Shown here in pieces: positions 44,532-51,252 of a DNA stretch of 51,252 bases; the stretch's first letter is position 1; the number at the start of each line of letters is the position of its first letter. Below the pieces are notes generated by a model. That model worked only from the letters and a program-made list of their open reading frames with translations, made no database searches and was not told where the DNA came from. The position numbers were made by a program, and so were the translations under genes. Source of the stretch: Bacteriovoracia bacterium (lineage in GTDB: Bacteria > Bdellovibrionota > UBA1018 > JBFWNL01); the NCBI GenBank assembly GCA_050251055.1, contig JBFWNL010000015.1, positions 1 through 51,252 on the forward strand, given 5' to 3'.

Positions 44532-45637
44532 TCCAGCGTCTTGGTGTTTTCTTCGCCTTCCTTTTAGCTTCCGTGCTCGGCTCAGCCGCCGCGCATGCTT
44601 ATCCTTCGATGATTCGGCACGGCTACAAGATGTGTAGCACCTGCCATGTCGCCCTTCGGGGCGGCGGGCTACTCACCGATTACGGCCGTGGTGTCGGCGG
44701 TAGTGGAAGTGTCTTTCCCGTCGACTACAAACCCTCGGAGTCCGAGTTCTCGAAAACCTTGACCGCCAACGGCACCTTCATCCACGGCCTTCAGTTCCGG
44801 ATGATGGGGATGAACATGCGTTCGACGACTTCCATCTTTCCGATGCAACTCGACTATCTCAACTCGACGAAGCTCTCCGAGAAACTACGCTTCGAGGCGA
44901 CCGCGGGCCTGACCCCCGATCGAGCCACCGCCGCCACCGTGTCTTTTAAGTTTTCCGATTTTGTTTTGCGTCGGGCGATCGTCGCCTATCGAGAGGAAGA
45001 TAAGTTTGAAGTGAGCGCGGGACGTGATTTCATCCCCGCCGGCCTGAATATCGATGATCACACGTCGTATATTCGCAGTCGGAACCGGCGCAACACCACC
45101 GACTTCGTTACCACCGTTCGCGCGGATCTTTGGAACGAAAATCTTCAAGTCACTCCGTTTGTTTATTTACCCAGCTACCAGGAAGCCGCGACCAATCGCG
45201 AGTCTGGCGGGGGCGTGCGCGGCGAGTATTTCGTGACCGATCACGTTTCGGTGGGTGGCTTTGGATTGTTCGGGGACACTGAATTAATTACCCGGCGGTA
45301 TTTTGGGGTGTTCACCCGATTGTCGACGGATCGGTACGGGTTGTTGGCCGAATTGGATCTCACTCAACGGAACGTAAAGTCCTTGAGTTCTGGTTACTTC
45401 AATCAGACGGTGATCTACGCGCGGCCGTTCTTTGCCGTCACCGAATGGCTGGAAATGGGGTGGCCGGTGGAGAGCCTGAGTGTTGGCGCACCGTTTGCAG
45501 AAACGGGCCAGCAACACGGTCCCGACATGTACGTGCGGTTTACGCATATTACGAGCCTGATCGGTAATTTCCGTTTCACGAAACGGGGAACCGTCAGTGA
45601 GAACCTGTTTTTCGCGCAAGTTTTGGTGAATTTATGA
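44528..45637 (+). CDS. Monoheme cytochrome c-porin fusion (Cyc2-like architecture)
   Basis: Signal peptide AHA|YPSMIRHGYKMCSTCHVALRGGGLLTDYGR, then about 300 aa of amphipathic beta-strands. Confidence 0.72.
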   Translation: MIQRLGVFFAFLLASVLGSAAAHAYPSMIRHGYKMCSTCHVALRGGGLLTDYGRGVGGSGSVFPVDYKPSESEFSKTLTANGTFIHGLQFRMMGMNMRSTTSIFPMQLDYLNSTKLSEKLRFEATAGLTPDRATAATVSFKFSDFVLRRAIVAYREEDKFEVSAGRDFIPAGLNIDDHTSYIRSRNRRNTTDFVTTVRADLWNENLQVTPFVYLPSYQEAATNRESGGGVRGEYFVTDHVSVGGFGLFGDTELITRRYFGVFTRLSTDRYGLLAELDLTQRNVKSLSSGYFNQTVIYARPFFAVTEWLEMGWPVESLSVGAPFAETGQQHGPDMYVRFTHITSLIGNFRFTKRGTVSENLFFAQVLVNL

Positions 45638-46758
45638 AGCTGATGAAATCGAATAAGAGAGACGTAACCCAAGCCTTGGCCGCCGCCGCTTCGATCGTGT
45701 TGATGGCGGGTGCCCTGACTAACTGTAACGTGACCGGCACCGATGAATCGAAGTTGTTCCGGAATCGCCAGCTTCCTGCCCGTAACGGCGCGAAGGTGAC
45801 GTTCGCCGATTTGAAGGCCCACGTGCTTGGTCCGAGTTGCACGAGCTGCCACGTCCACAAGTGGGCGGAGGACAGCGCTTCCGAAGGGGATCTGCACGCT
45901 TTGGCAGGACGGATCGTGCCCGGTAAGCCCGAAGCCTCCGCGCTTTTCGTGCGTATGAACCTCGATTCGGGAAAAGAAGGCGCGATGCCCCCGGTGGGCA
46001 AGGTCGCGCAAGGGCAGATTGATCTCGTGCGTGACTACATTGTCGGGTTGGCTCCCGCGCCGGGGCCGACCGATCCTCCGCCCGCGCCAAAGAACGCCGA
46101 CTATGTAACCCTTCAGGCCGGGCTCTTCGGACCCGCCTGCGTGCGGTGCCATTCGCCGGACGGGATCGACGAGTACCCGCCCTTGCACACTTACGAGAAT
46201 GCGCGCAAGCACGCCAAGGATGCCCTTCGCAGGATACTGGATGAAGAGGACCCAATGCCGCCCCGGCGTAAAGAGCCTCGTCCTACCGCGGAAATGATCG
46301 AGCTCTTGAAGCAGTGGATCGACGCGGATTTCCCCGAGAAAACCGAAAAGGCCGAGCCCCCCGTGGAGCCCGTGCCCCCCCAGCCGGAACCGATGCCGCA
46401 GCCGGAGCCAGGTCCTCCCGTGCCTCCGCCGAGTGACCCAACGCCGCCCTCCGAGCCTACGCCGGGGCCACCCAGCGAGCCTGCTCCACAGCCCGAACCT
46501 CCGAAGGCCTCCGTGACCTATGCGCAGATCAAAGCAAGAGTTTTGGAACCGGCTTGCCTCAAGTGCCACGCGGCCGGGGCGGAGAAGCCGAAAAAACCAT
46601 TCCTGGAAACCTACGATGCGGTCAAGGCGGAAGCGGATTTGATCTTGGAGCTCATTGAGGCGGGCGATATGCCGCCGAAGAAGTCCGAGCCAAAGCCTAG
46701 CGCCGAAGACATCCAGCTCTTTAAGGATTGGATGGCCGCGGGCCTTCCGGAGAAGTAA
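45634..46758 (+). CDS. Tri-heme c-type cytochrome lipoprotein (three tandem CxxCH...MPP domains, Pro-rich linker)
   Basis: Lipobox-like GALTNC; CTSCH...GAMPP, CVRCH...DPMPP and CLKCH...GDMPP; PEP/PQP-rich linker before domain 3. Confidence 0.85.
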   Translation: MKLMKSNKRDVTQALAAAASIVLMAGALTNCNVTGTDESKLFRNRQLPARNGAKVTFADLKAHVLGPSCTSCHVHKWAEDSASEGDLHALAGRIVPGKPEASALFVRMNLDSGKEGAMPPVGKVAQGQIDLVRDYIVGLAPAPGPTDPPPAPKNADYVTLQAGLFGPACVRCHSPDGIDEYPPLHTYENARKHAKDALRRILDEEDPMPPRRKEPRPTAEMIELLKQWIDADFPEKTEKAEPPVEPVPPQPEPMPQPEPGPPVPPPSDPTPPSEPTPGPPSEPAPQPEPPKASVTYAQIKARVLEPACLKCHAAGAEKPKKPFLETYDAVKAEADLILELIEAGDMPPKKSEPKPSAEDIQLFKDWMAAGLPEK

Positions 46759-46808
46759 ACTCCCGCTTGCTTTCGTATCCCCACTGGGTATGATTTTCCC
46801 GGAAAATC

Positions 46809-48152
46809 ATGCGCTTACTCTCTTGGTTGGTATTGGGGATTTACCTGTTTGTTTCACCCGCGTTCGCGTTGCTCCACGAGCTACCGCCCAGCCTCGCGCC
46901 CCTCATTCTTTCCGAAACCGTCCCGTTCGTCTTTACGCCCGCGGATTTTCGCGCGGCTGACTTCGAGGTGCAGTGGGTAGGCCCGGCCGTGCCGGGCGTA
47001 CAGGCGCGAATCGGCGAGAAGAGCGTCGAGTGGGCGCGCGCCGCCAAGTCCTTCGTGCTTCCGCGCGGCCGCCTGCTCGTGGAAGCCGAGGGGGTCGAAG
47101 CGGGCCGGGTCGTGAACAACGGTTTTTCGCAAACCTTCTATGTAGAGGGCGGCAAGGGAACCGTCGATCTGCCGGTGGCGATGTTTTCAGGTGAAAAGAA
47201 CGCCATCCAGGTCGAAGTGCGTCGTGGCGGTAAGACGGTCGCGGGTATTCTCCACATTCGCTACAAACCTCGGCCCGAGAACGAGGCGCGCGTTCTGGTG
47301 GATACGACGTGTTCGCCTTACAACGTGCGCGCGGAAGAGATCACGATCCCCAAGAATAGCTGGATGTACCTCGCTTGTCGTTTCGTCTATTCCGAAGGCG
47401 ATCAGAACACTACGAGTAGCCTCGAGCTTTTCGTATTCTGGGATAACGTCGGCCAGACCGCGAGCATCGACGGAATCGAATTCCCATCGACGTCGGTGAA
47501 CGTGTGGCCCCTGCGCATGCGCGCGAAGCCGGGTTTCACCACCGTGAGCGTTCCTGGGCAGCCCGGACAAAAAGCGACCATTCGTTACGGCGTGCCCGAA
47601 AAGCTCCGTTACGGCGCCTTGGGGATGGGGATCGGGCCCTACGCCTATACCTATACCGGGGGCAATCGAAGCACCCATTCCTACGCTCCACTGCTTACTT
47701 TTTATGGGTCCTACTTCATGCACGAAGCGATGCGGCTGGTGATGTTCAATGCCACCGCAATTCACAAGGACTGGTTCACGGATACTGGCCTGTACGTCAT
47801 GCTCGAGAATACCCGGGCCTGGGATGAGCGTTTTTCGATGAATCTTCTACTGGGCGCGAACATGATCGTGTTCCCATATAACGGCCAAACCTATGCTCGG
47901 TTCGGGGGGCCCCAGGGGATCGAGCTTGTTTTTCGCGATTTTCTGGTCCGGCGGTATAACTTCTCGTTCGGATCGTTCGTGTACCCAAAGATCGATGGCG
48001 TTTCTTACTACAACGTGTGGCTGCGCTGGGGACCCCCTAGCTTCTTCGGCGAGCTGAACTACGTGAGCTGGACGAAGCCTATCGGCAATGACGAAGTTTT
48101 CTCCCAAAGCTTGGGCATCACGGTGGGCTTTCCGCTCACTACTTTCTTTTAA
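46809..48152 (+). CDS. Hypothetical outer-membrane protein (N-terminal beta-rich domain + C-terminal barrel)
   Basis: Signal peptide SPAFA; aromatic-rich alternating strands in the C-terminal 190 aa; ends LGITVGFPLTTFF. Confidence 0.68.
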   Translation: MRLLSWLVLGIYLFVSPAFALLHELPPSLAPLILSETVPFVFTPADFRAADFEVQWVGPAVPGVQARIGEKSVEWARAAKSFVLPRGRLLVEAEGVEAGRVVNNGFSQTFYVEGGKGTVDLPVAMFSGEKNAIQVEVRRGGKTVAGILHIRYKPRPENEARVLVDTTCSPYNVRAEEITIPKNSWMYLACRFVYSEGDQNTTSSLELFVFWDNVGQTASIDGIEFPSTSVNVWPLRMRAKPGFTTVSVPGQPGQKATIRYGVPEKLRYGALGMGIGPYAYTYTGGNRSTHSYAPLLTFYGSYFMHEAMRLVMFNATAIHKDWFTDTGLYVMLENTRAWDERFSMNLLLGANMIVFPYNGQTYARFGGPQGIELVFRDFLVRRYNFSFGSFVYPKIDGVSYYNVWLRWGPPSFFGELNYVSWTKPIGNDEVFSQSLGITVGFPLTTFF

Positions 48153-48204
48153 GCCATCCGGATTCCGCTTGCTACCGGCGCGCTTTAGGCGAAAATGACT
48201 GGAT

Positions 48205-48774
48205 ATGAAAATGAAGAACGTCGCCGTGGTTTCGTTGATGTTGGCAGTGATCTCCGCGCCTGCCTGGGCCGCCCCGAAGGCGAAGCCACCGGCTAAGCCG
48301 GCTCCCGTCGCCGCGCCGACGACGGAAAGGGTGTCCTACGCTTCCTCGGGGTTTAGCCCGCGCGGGAAGTTTGGGATCGGCCCGTCGATTGCGATCGCGG
48401 GCGGCAGCTTCGGTTTTGGCGCTAACTTTCGCTATCTCTACGAGTTCGCCGAAGGCATGCACTTTGGCGCGCAATCGAATCTCAAGATTTGGCCGACGAC
48501 TATTTTCCTGATGGAGATTCCGATTACCCCCATCTTTATCTATGAATTCCCCACGATGGGTGCCGTGCGGCCTTACGTCGGCATCGATTTGGGTCCGGAT
48601 CTCTTTCTGGCGAGCGGCACGATCTTCGGGCAAACCGCGAGCGGCGTGGGCGTGGTTTTCACGTTCAACGGACACTTCGGGGTTTCTTTCTCGGAGAAAA
48701 CATCGCTGGATATCGCGCTCGGGGTGATGTCCTCCACGTTCGTCTTCTCGCCTTCGTTCATCTTTTACTTTTAG
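48205..48774 (+). CDS. Small outer-membrane beta-barrel protein
   Basis: Signal peptide PAWA; FGFGANFRY and VRPYVGIDLG strands; terminal FIFYF. Confidence 0.78.
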   Translation: MKMKNVAVVSLMLAVISAPAWAAPKAKPPAKPAPVAAPTTERVSYASSGFSPRGKFGIGPSIAIAGGSFGFGANFRYLYEFAEGMHFGAQSNLKIWPTTIFLMEIPITPIFIYEFPTMGAVRPYVGIDLGPDLFLASGTIFGQTASGVGVVFTFNGHFGVSFSEKTSLDIALGVMSSTFVFSPSFIFYF

Positions 48775-48814
48775 GTCTTCTTAGCGGTTTTCATGCCGCA
48801 GTGGACGCCAGTGT

Positions 48815-48838
48815 ACGGTGTTTGACCTAGAACACCGT
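48815..48838. promoter_or_regulatory. Perfect inverted repeat (candidate operator)
   Basis: ACGGTGTT-N8-AACACCGT about 60 nt upstream of an HTH gene. Confidence 0.5.
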
Positions 48839-48900
48839 GGCGTTGGCCTTCTCGTTTTGCCTCCGCTACCCTGATCCAGGGAGCAAATCTTGGAGGCGAC

Positions 48901-49128
48901 ATGGACTACCGTGAGTTACTCAAGGCGGCTCTGGCCCAACGGATCCAAAAAAATCCGGCCTACTCCCTACGCGCTTTTGCGCGTGATTTAGGTATTTCTC
49001 CCGGGCACCTTTGCGAGGTGCTTTCCGGGAAGCATCGACTTTCCCGGCGGATGGAGAGCCTCGTTGTAAATAAGCTCATTGGCCAGCCGGCCGCGCTCCC
49101 TCTGGAGGTGGTCCATCCCACCGGGTAA
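48901..49128 (+). CDS. Small XRE-like HTH protein (isolated N-terminal domain of the TIGR02147-type family)
   Basis: RBS GGAGG; RIQKNPAYSLRAFARDLGISPGHLCEVLSGKHRLS. Confidence 0.78.
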   Translation: MDYRELLKAALAQRIQKNPAYSLRAFARDLGISPGHLCEVLSGKHRLSRRMESLVVNKLIGQPAALPLEVVHPTG

Positions 49129-49225
49129 ACCGCCGAAACGCTAACCCGCTTGATTGACTTCAGTCGCTCCTTTCGTTAGTCACCCGTTTGTCGGAGATTT
49201 AGGGTTTTTACACGAAGGAGTGCAT

Positions 49226-49774
49226 ATGTTTAAGTTGGCGTTGGTATCTTTGCTGGTTTCGAGTGTGGGTTTCGCTGCGGATGATGTTGAAAATCTGCTC
49301 AAGCTGTCCCCGTCGGGCCAAAAGATCGTCGCGTGCGGCGGTGAGTTTTCCGGCGGAAGCGAGTTGACCCAGGACCGTTGGGAGATTCGCGCCGTGGTAC
49401 TGCGGAATAACGGCAAGTGGGATATCCCATTTGCGGAGTTTGGCGTGGGCAAGGTGCTCAGCATCGTGGGTTATAAGCGACCAAATTCCCAAGGTGTGCA
49501 AGGCAGCATCCTGGCGGATGAAGGTACGACGGTGCTTTTGGATCGCGTGGGTGAAAAGTGGACGGCGCCGGCTCCGTACGGCACCTACTTCACGGCGCGT
49601 GGAAACTACACGGGCTTCTTCCTCGCGGAGGAAGACGAGCGTGGTGGCGTGCAGATGGTGAGTGGGCGTCTCGCGAAGTTCGGTGAAGACACGCGAGTCC
49701 TTGAGTGCACGACCGATATCGAGAAATTAAAAGTGTGGTTGAAGCGGGCCGTTGAGTTCAACCCTTGGCGCTAG
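49226..49774 (+). CDS. Secreted hypothetical protein
   Basis: ATG 49226 after AAGGAG; signal peptide MFKLALVSLLVSSVGFA; two Cys. Confidence 0.72.
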   Translation: MFKLALVSLLVSSVGFAADDVENLLKLSPSGQKIVACGGEFSGGSELTQDRWEIRAVVLRNNGKWDIPFAEFGVGKVLSIVGYKRPNSQGVQGSILADEGTTVLLDRVGEKWTAPAPYGTYFTARGNYTGFFLAEEDERGGVQMVSGRLAKFGEDTRVLECTTDIEKLKVWLKRAVEFNPWR

Positions 49775-49780
49775 TCTGCG

Positions 49781-50185
49781 CTAATTTCCGCGCATGCCTT
49801 TGATGAGCAGCGCGGTCGCCCCGATGAAGCCGGGAACGATAATGGCCAGCGACGCAATCAGGACGACCGCCTGATATGGTTCAGGCGCGACCCCGGGTTG
49901 CGTCGCGGGTCCCGGCATATTCGTCATCGCCCCGAAAATGTTGATAAACGTTCCGGCGTAGGCGCCGGCAAGAAAAAGCCGAAACGCCCATTTCTGCTGG
50001 CGTTCGTTGAGCTTCAAAACCTCCCAAGCCCCCGCCGTCACTAAGACCACGACCGCCCCCAGCATCGTGCCCACATGGGCCGTCATCCAGCGAAATCCAT
50101 TCGCCGCCGTCGCCGTGGGAAAGCCCAGCAGGAAAGCGATCATCAGCATCACGTATCCGTGGAAATAGAGTCTGCGGGTGTACAT
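49781..50185 (-). CDS. Four-TM membrane protein resembling the styrene-oxide isomerase (StyC)-like family
   Basis: RRLYFHG..MLMIAFLLG...RWMTAH...AWEVLKL pattern; 4 TM helices. Family assignment from motif memory. Confidence 0.55.
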   Translation of the reverse strand: MYTRRLYFHGYVMLMIAFLLGFPTATAANGFRWMTAHVGTMLGAVVVLVTAGAWEVLKLNERQQKWAFRLFLAGAYAGTFINIFGAMTNMPGPATQPGVAPEPYQAVVLIASLAIIVPGFIGATALLIKGMRGN

Positions 50186-50299
50186 ATCTAAAATTATGGG
50201 GCCTCGTTTTATTCGGGACAACCCCGAATTAAATCTAATACGCGGCGAGCTATGACTCGAATTGGGCCTGGAGAGCTGGTTTTGGGCGAAAACAGTAGT

Positions 50300-50314
50300 T
50301 GACTTATTTAATCA
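50300..50314. promoter_or_regulatory. TGAC-N7-ATCA site upstream of the rrn promoter
   Basis: TGACTTATTTAATCA, 14/15 identical to the site at 34616. Confidence 0.45.
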
Positions 50315-50369
50315 GAATAAAACAGGGGGTAACCGCGAGAAATTCTTTCAAAATTCTTCAAAAAAGGGG

Positions 50370-50398
50370 TTGCACGGGTCATGAAGAACGGCTATCTA
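50370..50398 (+). promoter_or_regulatory. Putative rRNA operon promoter
   Basis: A/T-tract UP-like region, then TTGCAC-N17-TATCTA. Confidence 0.55.
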
Positions 50399-50459
50399 TC
50401 GTCTTCCCCAAGTCATAAGAGATAGAAAAGCGCAGTAATGCGGCGGTCTCGTATGCAGT

Positions 50460-50472
50460 TGGTCTTTGAAAA
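50460..50472 (+). promoter_or_regulatory. rrn leader antitermination boxA
   Basis: TGGTCTTTGAAAA in the 16S leader. Confidence 0.75.
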
Positions 50473-50677
50473 TTTGAGATGAATTTTTTGAATGAAAAAG
50501 CGGGCGATGGCAGCCTGATTCCGCTGGAAACAGCGAGTTTTGGGTGTTGTCGAAAAGCTTTGTTCAATTCCAAATACAAGTTGAATGAATAATTCAGCCA
50601 AAATTCGAATTGAGCCAAAAAGCTCTTAAAAATTTTTAGTCCCTAGCTGCGCGAAAGCGCGCTCGGGGCGAACAAAT

Positions 50678-51252
<575 letters not shown>

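Noticed and set aside
46350-46505. CCG-rich quasi-repeat as a DNA repeat or CRISPR
   Set aside because: It simply encodes the Pro-rich linker. No regularly spaced identical repeats were seen anywhere in the window.

Overview
A 51 kb, GC-rich chromosomal segment. Gene content and 16S/TIGR02147-like features suggest Bdellovibrionota (Oligoflexia-like); this is inference, not a database assignment. Most of it is housekeeping: class V aminotransferase, a GAF-sigma54 activator, ygfZ, yhaM, tatD, VKOR-DsbA/ccdA, dksA, glmU-glmS, CLC-CBS, pcrA/uvrD, gatCAB, asmA, ppx/gppA, an M16 pair, thiolase, zapA-ygfA-ymdB, tRNA-Ala(TGC) and the 5' part of a 16S rRNA gene. No integrase, transposase, CRISPR array or prophage is visible. 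Four things stand out. (1) Three orphan, signal-peptide-bearing minus-strand genes sit between core genes and encode effector-like folds: a stand-alone OspF/LanKC-type phosphothreonine lyase, an atypical protein-kinase-like protein and a papain-like Cys-His-Asp protein. They share a short terminal single-Cys amphipathic helix. (2) A tightly coupled envelope redox cluster encodes cytochrome b562, YceI, a CxxCH-porin fusion of Cyc2-like architecture and a tri-heme lipoprotein, followed by two beta-barrels. (3) Two unannotated structured non-coding regions lie upstream of dksA and downstream of ppx, while the usual 6S RNA slot between zapA and ygfA is empty. (4) A 15-bp palindrome recurs in three AT-rich promoter regions.
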